Below are positions 28,984-38,005 of a DNA stretch of 64,000 nt, one piece after another. Origin of the DNA: an uncultured beta proteobacterium (lineage in GTDB: Bacteria > Pseudomonadota > Gammaproteobacteria > Burkholderiales > Gallionellaceae). The position numbers and the translations under genes were made by a program. The notes beneath the pieces are model-generated. The model saw only the letters and a list, made by a program, of their open reading frames with translations, was not told where the DNA came from and did not search any database. Position 1 is the stretch's first letter; each line of letters opens with the position of its first letter. The stretch covers positions 57,003 to 121,002 of the forward strand of contig CAWKIN010000006.1 in NCBI GenBank assembly GCA_963849875.1, given 5' to 3'.

Positions 28984-29343
28984 ATGAAAAAATCCGAGAT
29001 CAAATTCACCGTCACACTGGACGAGAAGAGCCTGCCCATCAACATCGACTGGAGTGCATCAGACGGCGGTGTGGAGAGCAACAGCAAAGCCATCATGCTG
29101 TCGGTATGGGATGCAGAGGCGAAGAATACTTTGCGCATCGATCTTTGGACCAAGGAGATGCTGGTCGACGAGATGAAGCTGTTCTATCACCAGAACCTGC
29201 TGTCGATGGCCGACACGCTGGAACGCGCTACCGGCGAGAAAGAAGCCGCCAAAGCGATGCACAGCTTCGCACAGGAGTTCGGCGAGCGTTTGAATCTGGT
29301 GGCAAAGAACCCGCTGTTCTCGACACCACCTAAAAAGAATTAA
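28984..29343 (+). CDS. gldC: GldC-family protein
   Basis: KKSEIKFTV.LDE..P..I.W.A.D and LSVWD....NTLRIDLWTKEM.VDEMK.F.HQ.L..MADT.ERATG. Confidence 0.8.
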   Translation: MKKSEIKFTVTLDEKSLPINIDWSASDGGVESNSKAIMLSVWDAEAKNTLRIDLWTKEMLVDEMKLFYHQNLLSMADTLERATGEKEAAKAMHSFAQEFGERLNLVAKNPLFSTPPKKN

Positions 29344-29358
29344 CGCGGGCCTTGGCCG

Positions 29359-30666
29359 TCATTCCTTGACGAACACTGCGATGGATTCCACATGCGAGGT
29401 GTGCGGGAACATATTCATCACACCGGCAGCTTGCAGCACGTAACCGCGCTTCACCAATTCTGCCGCATCGCGTGCCAGTGTGGCGGGATTACAGCTTACA
29501 TAGACGATGCGCTTGGGCGCGTTGTCACCGCCGAGTGACTTCACCAGCTCGAATGCGCCGTCGCGCGGAGGATCGATGAGCAATTTATCGAAGTGGCCGA
29601 GCTGTGCAAAACCTTCTTCGGTCATCTCGAACAGATTCATCGCCATAAACGAAGTGTTGTCAGCCAAACCGTTACTCGCAGCGTTCTGCTGGGCGCGCTT
29701 CACCAATGCGTCGCTGCCTTCTATGCCCAGCACCTGTGCGCCGCTGCGCGCGATGGGCAGAGTAAAGTTGCCCAGACCGCAGAACAAATCGGCGATGCGT
29801 TCGCCCGGTTGCGGATCGAGCAAGCGCATCGCACGGCTGATCATCACGCGGTTGAGCGCGCTGTTCACCTGGGTAAATTCGCTGGGTGCAAACGGCATGG
29901 TGACATCAAACTCGGGCAAGCTGTACGACAGTTCAGGCGCATCCAAAGGATGAAATGGAACGATAGTCTCCGGGCCTTTGCTCTGCAGCCAGAACTGGAT
30001 GTCGTGCGCGTCGGCGAAGCTGCGCAACAGCGCTTCATCGGCATGATTGGGCGGCGCCATCACGCGCAACACCAGCGCATCGACATGTTCACCCACCGCG
30101 ACCTCGATCTGCGGCAACTGGTCGCGTATCGACAAGTTACTCACCAGCTCGGCCAGCAGCGGCAACAGCTTGGCGATCTTGGGCGCGAGTATCTCGCAGC
30201 TTTGCATGTCGGCGACGTAGCTGCTGCGCTTCTCGTGAAAGCCGACCAGCGTCTTGCCCTTCTTGATGACATGCCTGACCGAGATACGCGCGCGTTCACG
30301 GTAGCCCCAGGTCTGGCCGTAGATGGCGGGCAGGATGTTCTCCGCTTTGACTTTGCCGATGTGCCACAAGCCGTCCTCTAGAATGCGCTGCTTGACCGCG
30401 ACCTGCGCGCGCGCGTCCAGATGTTGCATGGAGCAACCGCCGCACACACCGAAGTGTTTGCACTTGGGCGTCACACGCATCGGTGCAGACTTGTAGATGG
30501 TGGTGACTTGCGCCTGTTCGAAGGCGGGCTTCTTGCGATATGAGGCGTAGCTGACGATCTCACCGGGCAACGCGCCCTCGATGAAGATCACTTTGCCGTC
30601 GAAGTGTGCGACGCCGCGACCCTCCTGGTCCAACGATTCGATGGTGACTTTATTCTCTGTTGCCAT
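29359..30666 (-). CDS. rlmD: 23S rRNA m5U1939 methyltransferase
   Basis: TRAM domain, [46 protein letters not shown]. Confidence 0.95.
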   Translation of the reverse strand: MATENKVTIESLDQEGRGVAHFDGKVIFIEGALPGEIVSYASYRKKPAFEQAQVTTIYKSAPMRVTPKCKHFGVCGGCSMQHLDARAQVAVKQRILEDGLWHIGKVKAENILPAIYGQTWGYRERARISVRHVIKKGKTLVGFHEKRSSYVADMQSCEILAPKIAKLLPLLAELVSNLSIRDQLPQIEVAVGEHVDALVLRVMAPPNHADEALLRSFADAHDIQFWLQSKGPETIVPFHPLDAPELSYSLPEFDVTMPFAPSEFTQVNSALNRVMISRAMRLLDPQPGERIADLFCGLGNFTLPIARSGAQVLGIEGSDALVKRAQQNAASNGLADNTSFMAMNLFEMTEEGFAQLGHFDKLLIDPPRDGAFELVKSLGGDNAPKRIVYVSCNPATLARDAAELVKRGYVLQAAGVMNMFPHTSHVESIAVFVKE

Positions 30667-30671
30667 AGTGC

Positions 30672-31046
30672 TTACCGCCATATACTTTCTATCAAAACGA
30701 ACACACGTCCCAATGCGGAACGCGCCAATAACCAACCCAGTAACACACCGACGCTGTCTGCCAACATGTCGGCATATTCAAAATATCGATAGCCTGTCAT
30801 GCCCTGCAATATCTCTATCAGCACGCCATAAGCGACCAGTGCGGCACACACCGTGAGGCGTGATTTCACCGACTGATATATCTGGCAGAACCACCAGGAC
30901 ATCCCGGCATACGCAATACCGTGCTCCACCTTATCGACCATATGGAACTGGAAAGGCTCGGGTGGATTCGGCATCAATGAGAGATACGCCACCAGTGCGA
31001 CTAGACACCAGCCGCCCACCAGCCAGGCGCTGCGATACTGCAACAT
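30672..31046 (-). CDS. VanZ-family membrane protein
   Basis: DKVEH..AY and IEILQG.T.YR.FE..D..AD..G. Confidence 0.85.
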   Translation of the reverse strand: MLQYRSAWLVGGWCLVALVAYLSLMPNPPEPFQFHMVDKVEHGIAYAGMSWWFCQIYQSVKSRLTVCAALVAYGVLIEILQGMTGYRYFEYADMLADSVGVLLGWLLARSALGRVFVLIESIWR

Positions 31047-31831
31047 CAACCCTGCATCTCGGGCCATGCAGCCAGATACTCGCGCCAATGCGGCACATTG
31101 AGCTTGGCCAATTCGCTACGCACCAGCTCGCATTCGCGCTTGAAGCCATCGCGAGTCAGGTTACCGCGCATCATCTGAAAGCGCGCGTACACCAGATAGG
31201 TGTTCACCACATCGGTCTCGCAGTAGTTGCGTATATCGGCCAACTGTCCGGCCTGATATGCCTCCCACACCTTGCTGCCGTCCATGCCCAACTTGCCGGG
31301 GAAACCGATCAGCTTGGCGAGATCATCCAGCGGCGCATTGGCGCGACCACCATACATCGCCAGCAGATCCATCAGATCGAGATGGCGCATGTGATAGCGG
31401 CTGATGTAATTGTTCCACTTGAATTCTTTATCGTCCTCGCCCATATCCCAATAGCGCGCGCACTGCACACCGTGGATCAGACCGCGATAATGCAGCACTG
31501 GCAGATCGAAGCCACTGCCGTTCCACGACACGATCTGCGGCGTGTATTTGTCTATGCCATCGAAGAAGCGCTGGATGATGCTGCCCTCATCCTCATCCAT
31601 GCCGCCCAGCGACCACACCTTGAAGTTGTCGCCCTCACGCAACACGCAGGAGATCGCCACCACGCGTTGCAGATGGTGCTGAATGAAGTCGGTGCCGGTC
31701 TTTTGACGGCGTTGCTGGAAGGCCATCTCGGCGACCTCGGCGTCGCTCACGCGTGCATCCAAACCATGCAGGACACGCAGCCCGGCGATGTCAGGTATAG
31801 TTTCTATATCGAAGACTAAAGTGGGGTTCAT
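31046..31831 (-). CDS. 3'-5' exonuclease (PolB-like DEDD)
   Basis: LVFDIETIPD, SWNG.GFDLPVL, YCETDV.NT. Confidence 0.9.
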   Translation of the reverse strand: MNPTLVFDIETIPDIAGLRVLHGLDARVSDAEVAEMAFQQRRQKTGTDFIQHHLQRVVAISCVLREGDNFKVWSLGGMDEDEGSIIQRFFDGIDKYTPQIVSWNGSGFDLPVLHYRGLIHGVQCARYWDMGEDDKEFKWNNYISRYHMRHLDLMDLLAMYGGRANAPLDDLAKLIGFPGKLGMDGSKVWEAYQAGQLADIRNYCETDVVNTYLVYARFQMMRGNLTRDGFKRECELVRSELAKLNVPHWREYLAAWPEMQG

Positions 31832-32034
31832 CACGACGACACCAAAGTTAAGTAGGCGCGGATATTACCAAACCCCGCCGCCTTAGGCGTGAAATTAAGG
31901 GGTGTTTGCCACGTTACTCATGCCTTAGACACTTCGCCCCGCCGCCCTTTATCTGGCACAATCCGTCACTAGTCACGGCATCACGTGCCGCACAACCAGC
32001 CAATTCGTCACAACGGAAATACCGGAACAGTGGA

Positions 32035-33021
32035 ATGATTCAACAGTTATCCAAATTAAAGGTACTCATCGTCGAGGACAGCAAAGTCGCTCTCAAAGCC
32101 ATCTCGGGCTATATCGAAGAGATGGGTGTACAGCCGCTGCTGGCCGAGACTGGCGCGCAGGCCATAGCGCTGTACAAGCAGGAACATCCCGATATCGTGC
32201 TGCTCGACATCATCTTGCCCGATACCAATGGCTATGAAGTCGCCAAAGAGATACGCATGTTGCAGCGCAAGGACGACTGGACCGCCATCATCTTCCTCAG
32301 CGTCATGTCCAAGGACGAGGATCTGGTACGCGGCATCGAAGCCGGCGGTGACGATTACATCATGAAGCCGGTGGGCAGCGTGGTAGTACAAGCCAAGGTG
32401 CGCGCCATGTATAGGCTGGTGAAGATGCAACGCGCTCTGGTCAAACTGGCCGAACAACTGCACGATGCCAATCAGGAGTTGCAGCGTCTGTCCATGACCG
32501 ATGGACTGACCGGCCTCGCCAACCGGCGCATGTTCGATGAGACCTTGCAGCGCGAATGGCGCCGTTGCATACGTCTCAACAAACCGATGTCACTGGTGAT
32601 GATGGACGTGGATCACTTCAAACAATACAACGACCTCTACGGCCACCAGCAAGGTGATGACTGCCTCAAGGCTATCGCCAAGAAACTTGCCAAATCCGCC
32701 CCCCGCCCCGCCGACCTGGTGGCGCGCTATGGCGGCGAGGAATTCATCATGGTCTTGGGCGAGACCGACGAAGTCGGTGCACGCTGGGTGGCAGAACGTG
32801 TCCGCCAACGTGTGTCGCTGCTGCAATTACCTCATGCGGGTTCCAAGCACCAGTTCGTCAGTGTGAGTTGCGGAATAGCCAGCATCCATCCCACGCGCGA
32901 ACTAAGTGCCGACGTCCTGCTGCAGACTGCGGACAAGGCGCTCTACCAGGCCAAGCATCAAGGGCGCAACACCGTGGCATTTATGGAATATCCGACCTTG
33001 CCGCAAGCCGTCAACACATAA
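32035..33021 (+). CDS. Response regulator-diguanylate cyclase (REC-GGDEF)
   Basis: REC (IVED, DIVLLD, KP); DGLTGLANRR, RPAD I-site, RYGGEEF. Confidence 0.92.
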   Translation: MIQQLSKLKVLIVEDSKVALKAISGYIEEMGVQPLLAETGAQAIALYKQEHPDIVLLDIILPDTNGYEVAKEIRMLQRKDDWTAIIFLSVMSKDEDLVRGIEAGGDDYIMKPVGSVVVQAKVRAMYRLVKMQRALVKLAEQLHDANQELQRLSMTDGLTGLANRRMFDETLQREWRRCIRLNKPMSLVMMDVDHFKQYNDLYGHQQGDDCLKAIAKKLAKSAPRPADLVARYGGEEFIMVLGETDEVGARWVAERVRQRVSLLQLPHAGSKHQFVSVSCGIASIHPTRELSADVLLQTADKALYQAKHQGRNTVAFMEYPTLPQAVNT

Positions 33022-33075
33022 AAAAACCCCGAGGTCAACCTCTAGCCGTTCCGCAAAGGTGTGCAATCAATATTC

Positions 33076-33104
33076 TTGACGCAAGTAGGCCATTGGCCTA
33101 CCAT
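33076..33104 (+). promoter_or_regulatory. Sigma70 promoter with overlapping operator; probable leaderless brnT mRNA
   Basis: TTGACG-17-TACCAT, ATG 6 nt downstream; palindrome GTAGGCC-ATT-GGCCTAC overlapping the spacer and -10. Confidence 0.7.
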
Positions 33105-33110
33105 GCGCGT

Positions 33111-33386
33111 ATGGAATTCGAATGGGATCAGGACAAGAGCGATGCGTGCTTTACCGCGCGCGGGTTTGATTTCGCTTACGTGCTTCGCGCGTTCATGGAT
33201 GCCGATCGATTGATTCACAAAGACACACGCTGGGATTACGGAGAGGATCGTTACCAGATGCTTGGATCTATCGACGGGCGAGTGTTCTTTGTTGTGTACA
33301 CTATTCGCGGAACGGTTCTCCGAATCATCTCGGCGCGCAAGGCAAACCAAAGGGAGGTACATGACTATGAAAACAGTGAACGTTAA
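33111..33386 (+). CDS. BrnT-family toxin
   Basis: MEFEWD..K, D.R.DYGE.RY...G, VVYT.R...RIISARKAN.RE. Confidence 0.92.
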   Translation: MEFEWDQDKSDACFTARGFDFAYVLRAFMDADRLIHKDTRWDYGEDRYQMLGSIDGRVFFVVYTIRGTVLRIISARKANQREVHDYENSER

Positions 33387-33702
33387 AATTGACCCGGTGA
33401 CCCTTGCTGGGTTGCCAAAAGGTCGAGTGAACAAGGATCGTTTGGATACCACCAGCGAGAAAGACATCATCTTGCAAATGGCTCAGGATGATGACGAAGC
33501 AATGCAGGACGCTGCAAAGTTTGCACGCCGTGTTCGCCATCGCCTAGGGCTTAGTCAGCTTGAGTTCTCGCATCGCATCGATGTTTCGCTCGAAACGATA
33601 CGCAATTGGGAGCAGGGCAAGCGCCGTCCGACAGGTGCGGCCAAAGCACTTTTGAAAGTGCTAGACAAAGTACCGGAGGCTGCGTTGTCGGCTTTAGGTT
33701 GA
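33361..33702 (+). CDS. XRE-family HTH antitoxin
   Basis: R..LGLSQ.EF...I.VS..T.RNWEQG.R.P.GAA.ALL. Confidence 0.88.
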   Translation: MTMKTVNVKIDPVTLAGLPKGRVNKDRLDTTSEKDIILQMAQDDDEAMQDAAKFARRVRHRLGLSQLEFSHRIDVSLETIRNWEQGKRRPTGAAKALLKVLDKVPEAALSALG

Positions 33703-33933
33703 AAAAGCTTGATAAGCTGTGTATTTGACCTAAATCCCATCGGCTCCGACTGGGATTCAGGCTGGCTTTACGCGGAAGATTTTGTGCCGAAAATGATAAT
33801 GCCCTCTAGCTTTCACTAGAGGGCATTATGGACTACTTGTTAAAAACCTACACACCTTTGCGGAACGGCTAGGTGACTTCGTGAGGGTTTTTTGTGCAAG
33901 GTTCACGAGCAGGCTCGCGTAACCCTAGCGAAA

Positions 33934-34518
33934 TCAGGCGTAGTTCTTCGCCACGAATTCCCAGTTCACCAAGTTGTTCAAATAAGTCTCAACGAACTTG
34001 GGACGCATATTGCGATAGTCGATGTAGTAAGCGTGTTCCCACACGTCCACACACAACAGCGCCTTGTCGGCTGTCGTCAGCGGTGTACCAGCAGCGCCCA
34101 TGTTGACGATGTCCACTGAACCGTCAGCCTTCTTCACCAACCATGTCCAACCTGAACCGAAGTTACCCACGGCGGAAGTCTGAAACGCTTTCTTAAAATC
34201 GTCGAACGAACCCCACTTCTTGTTGATCGCATCAGCCAACGCGTCGGAAGGTAGCCCGCCGCCATTAGGCTTCATGCAGTTCCAGAAAAACGTGTGGTTC
34301 CACACTTGCGCAGCGTTGTTGTAGACGCCGCCAGCGGGTGCCTTCTTGATGATGGCTTCCAGATCAAGAGACGCATACTCGGTATCTTTGATCAGGTTAT
34401 TCAGATTGGTCACGTAAGCCTGGTGATGCTTGGCATAGTGGTACTCGAATGTCTCTTTGGACATATGAGGTTGCAACGCGTCGGTCGCGTAAGGCAGTGC
34501 GGGTAAAGTATGTTCCAT
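33934..34518 (-). CDS. sodB: Fe superoxide dismutase
   Basis: HYAKHHQAYV, NNAAQVWNHTFFW, DVWEHAYYIDY. Confidence 0.95.
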   Translation of the reverse strand: MEHTLPALPYATDALQPHMSKETFEYHYAKHHQAYVTNLNNLIKDTEYASLDLEAIIKKAPAGGVYNNAAQVWNHTFFWNCMKPNGGGLPSDALADAINKKWGSFDDFKKAFQTSAVGNFGSGWTWLVKKADGSVDIVNMGAAGTPLTTADKALLCVDVWEHAYYIDYRNMRPKFVETYLNNLVNWEFVAKNYA

Positions 34519-34666
34519 ATAGTTCTCCTGAAATTAGGTTGAAGAAAACAGCGTAATGACTCTGCACTGCGAATTCGGAGCGAGAATATACCACACTCGA
34601 TTTGTCGGGTTTGTGGCAAATTCCTGTAAAACAGTAAGCGTATCGGCCTCATATGAGGCAACCGCC

Positions 34667-37600
34667 CTACACCTCGCTCAATATCCCATCCCCGAACAAT
34701 AAGGCGCATCTCACCTTCTTACCCGAGTACACCGACTGCATCGCGGTCTGATATTCCCGCATCTGCGCCGCATGGCGCGACGGATCGGTGCTGTCGCCCA
34801 GCTTGTAGTCCAACACCCACACCTCGTCGTCGAACTCCACTAACCTATCTATACGCTTCAACTCGCCTTGCGCATTCACATAAGGCATCTCGTTGCAGGC
34901 ACTGAGGTACTGGTTCGCATCGAAGTAGCGGGTCAGTGACGGCGAGGTCAGTAACTGTTGGGCTTGTTGCCACAGTGCGTCCATATCCGCACTGGGAATG
35001 CCGATACGGTTTTGCAACACCGTGCGCTCGCTCTCTTGCGCCGTATCCGACGATGCGGCGAGATGTTGCAACAAGGCATGCAACCAGACACCACGACGTT
35101 GCGGCTCGGTCAGCACTGCTTTACGTATACCGGTAGGCAGAGGCTGAGTGAGACGCGGATCGACAGGCTGCAATGTGGATGAGGGAGCTGCTTTCACAGC
35201 ACTCACCGACACGCCGGACAAGGGCTCATCGACGCACTCACCGTGAACTTCAGCGATGCGCGCATACCAGGTGTTCGCGATCAGCGCGCCACTACCGCTC
35301 ACCAGTAACACTTGTTTGGCGCGCGTCATGGCGACGTAGAGCAGATTCATATCCTCACGCTCAGCCAGTCGCTGATCGGCCGCAAAATACTTTTCGCGCA
35401 GCGCACCGTGGCTGGCTTTGTCGGTATACAAAGACAAGTGTGCGGGTCGGGTGTCATTGGTCGGCCAATCCAGCAGCACGTCGTAACCTTTGTCGGCAGG
35501 CGCTTTGGCGTTGCTGTCCAACAACCACACCAGCGGGGCTTCCAGACCTTTCGATTCGTGCACGGTGTAGATGCGCAGCGCATCTCCAGCCTGATCCACC
35601 GCGCCCTCGTTGGGTGCTTCGTTGTCGTCCGCCTGTTTGAGTTCGGCGAGGGTACGCAGGAAACGCGACAGACTAGGATAACGTCCCGCATCGACGTTCA
35701 ACGCGATCTCCATAAAGGCTTGCAGGTTGGCCAGCACCGTGGCGCGCAGCGCCGACGGCACCGCAGCGGCATAGCGTTGCTGCGCATCGGCCTCAAAATA
35801 GATGCGGTCCAGCAGATCGTGCACGGGCAGTCGTTCCGCCAACACCAGCCAGTTTTTCAGCAAGCCATGCGCACGCTGCAGATGCACGGAAACCGCACCC
35901 GCAACGATCAACGACTCTACACGCGACCACCATGAGGAACGCTGCCCCGCTTGCGTTCGTGGTGAGCTTATCGAACCATGAGTAGATGATTGCCCTTCGA
36001 CTAGCTCAGGGCGAACGGTTGCTTTACTTTCGTCCGTAGCAGCAGCGACACTCATCAGGTCGTCATCACTACAGGAGAATAATGGCGAGCGCAGCACTTG
36101 TGCGAGTTGCAGATCGGCGAACGGCGTCATCAGGAAGGTCAACAAGGCCTGGATATCCGAGGCTTCCAGCGTGTCGAGCAAACCGCCGCGACGCGAGGTG
36201 AGGTAGGGGATGTGCTGATCGCGCAAGGCCTGCTCGTAAGTCTTGAGATGGGTGCGGCGACGTACCAGCACCATGATGTCGCCCCATTGCACGGCGCGCT
36301 CCGTATCATTCGCGTGGATGTGCCAATGCCCGACGATGCTCATCAATTTCTCGGCAAAGGCCTGCGCTTCCCTTACTCGTGCGCCTTCTTCCTTATCGGG
36401 TCGAGCTTGCAGCAAAGGGTTGCGCAACGCCAACGCGCCGCTCTCAGTAGCGGCCGCTTCGTTCTCCTCAGCTTGCGCCAGCGGCAGCACTTCCACATAG
36501 CCTGGCAACTCGGTCTGATGTGCGCTATGCGTCTCGTATCCTTCGAACTTGGGCTTGCCGTCCTGCAGGCCGTCGAACACCGCGTTCACCGTCCGCAGGA
36601 TGGCGGGCGCATTGCGCCGCGTGACGTTCTTTTGCAGATACTTGGCCTGATAGTCGCCCATCAGGAATTCACACACCACACCGAACAGTCGCGCATCGGC
36701 TCGGCGGAAGCGGTAGATGGACTGCTTTGGATCGCCCACCACGAAGATCTTGGGCGTGCTCTGCACTGCCGCACTGGCGGCGAACCAAGCTCGCAATATC
36801 TGCCACTGCAGCGGATTGGTGTCCTGGAACTCGTCCAGCAACACATGCTTGTAACGGCTATCGAGTTTGTATTGCAGGTATTCGGCATGCGGACTGTGGT
36901 TGAGCAACTGGCACACGCGCCATTCCAGATCGGCGAAGTCCAGCGACTGCTGTTGCTGCTTCAACGCCTGATATCGTTCCAACAAGGCCACGCCACAGCC
37001 CATCGCGTGCTGGTTGAAACGATAGATGGCTTGCGCCTGCAAGCTATCCAACACGGTCTGTATCGCGGTCATCACCGTGTCGCGCGCATCACAATAAGCA
37101 GCTTCGTCCTGTTTCTTGGTCGGCTTGAAAGTCTTGCGCGGCTCGTCGCTATTGGTGAACAACAAAGCGCGCAGCGCAGCGTAACGTTCTTGCGCAACGA
37201 CGATCTCGCTGGCGATCAGCAGCTTGTTGGCGTTGTTGGCTTGCGCGTCTGTGCCATTGCTGGCGAGCCGTTGCGCAAAGCGCTGCAGTCCGAGCAACAC
37301 TGCCGCATCTCCACAGTAATCGGCTATCGGATCGGCCTCCTCATCGACCTGTAGCTCGTCACGCAGTTGTGCCAACGCATAGTCCAAAGGATCTGCCTGC
37401 CCTGCCGTATACGCCCACCATTCGCTGCGCTTGGCGGCGAAGGCCTGTAACATCTTCTGCGTGTTGAATAATCCCAGCTCGGCGAACAATACGCGCATGG
37501 ACAGCGCGACCTCGCCATCCGGCTGTTGATGCAGACCGGCGTAGAACAACTGGCTCGCCTCATCCCACAAGGCACCGGTCTGTTCCACCAGACGCACGCC

Positions 37601-38005
37601 GCCGGCCATGCCCGCATCCAGTGGTGCGCGTTGCACGATCTGCATGAACCAGCCGTGGAAGGTATTGATGGTCAGCACCGGTTGCGCCAACAGGAACTGC
37701 TGATACAAACCGCGCGCCTTGGGCAACACGGAATCCAGATCGGCCTCGGCGATGGCGCGCTCGCGCAGGAACTGGCACACATATGCATCGTCCTTGGTCG
37801 CCAGGTCATACAGCCAGTCACGCAGTCGTTCCTGCATCTCCTGCGCCGCTTTGCGCGTGAAGGTGATAGCGAGTATCTCACCGGGTTGCACGTCATCCAG
37901 TAACAAGCGCACGATGCGTGACACCAGCAGCCAAGTCTTGCCGCTACCGGCGCAGGCTTCGACCACCACCGAGTGTTGCGGGTCGAGTGCGATGGCGTTA
38001 TCCAT
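34667..38005 (-). CDS. addA: AddA-like UvrD helicase/nuclease
   Basis: ACAGSGKT, LLDEFQDT, VGDPKQSIYRFR, TVHESKGLE, YVAMTR, RIDRL...VLDYK. Confidence 0.9.
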   Translation of the reverse strand: MDNAIALDPQHSVVVEACAGSGKTWLLVSRIVRLLLDDVQPGEILAITFTRKAAQEMQERLRDWLYDLATKDDAYVCQFLRERAIAEADLDSVLPKARGLYQQFLLAQPVLTINTFHGWFMQIVQRAPLDAGMAGGVRLVEQTGALWDEASQLFYAGLHQQPDGEVALSMRVLFAELGLFNTQKMLQAFAAKRSEWWAYTAGQADPLDYALAQLRDELQVDEEADPIADYCGDAAVLLGLQRFAQRLASNGTDAQANNANKLLIASEIVVAQERYAALRALLFTNSDEPRKTFKPTKKQDEAAYCDARDTVMTAIQTVLDSLQAQAIYRFNQHAMGCGVALLERYQALKQQQQSLDFADLEWRVCQLLNHSPHAEYLQYKLDSRYKHVLLDEFQDTNPLQWQILRAWFAASAAVQSTPKIFVVGDPKQSIYRFRRADARLFGVVCEFLMGDYQAKYLQKNVTRRNAPAILRTVNAVFDGLQDGKPKFEGYETHSAHQTELPGYVEVLPLAQAEENEAAATESGALALRNPLLQARPDKEEGARVREAQAFAEKLMSIVGHWHIHANDTERAVQWGDIMVLVRRRTHLKTYEQALRDQHIPYLTSRRGGLLDTLEASDIQALLTFLMTPFADLQLAQVLRSPLFSCSDDDLMSVAAATDESKATVRPELVEGQSSTHGSISSPRTQAGQRSSWWSRVESLIVAGAVSVHLQRAHGLLKNWLVLAERLPVHDLLDRIYFEADAQQRYAAAVPSALRATVLANLQAFMEIALNVDAGRYPSLSRFLRTLAELKQADDNEAPNEGAVDQAGDALRIYTVHESKGLEAPLVWLLDSNAKAPADKGYDVLLDWPTNDTRPAHLSLYTDKASHGALREKYFAADQRLAEREDMNLLYVAMTRAKQVLLVSGSGALIANTWYARIAEVHGECVDEPLSGVSVSAVKAAPSSTLQPVDPRLTQPLPTGIRKAVLTEPQRRGVWLHALLQHLAASSDTAQESERTVLQNRIGIPSADMDALWQQAQQLLTSPSLTRYFDANQYLSACNEMPYVNAQGELKRIDRLVEFDDEVWVLDYKLGDSTDPSRHAAQMREYQTAMQSVYSGKKVRCALLFGDGILSEV
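35954..36018. repeat. Palindromic REP (CGTTCG..TGAGC.TGTCGAA family) in-frame within addA
   Basis: CGTTCGTGGTGAGCTTATCGAA ... TTCGACTAGCTCAGGGCGAACG; homologous arm at 43781-43811. Confidence 0.8.

Larger units (their letters stand above)
33042..33872. mobile_element. Non-autonomous element bounded by inverted repeats, carrying a TA pair
   Basis: Perfect 22-bp inverted repeats CTAGCCGTTCCGCAAAGGTGTG (33042-33063 and 33851-33872); no transposase inside. Confidence 0.75.
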
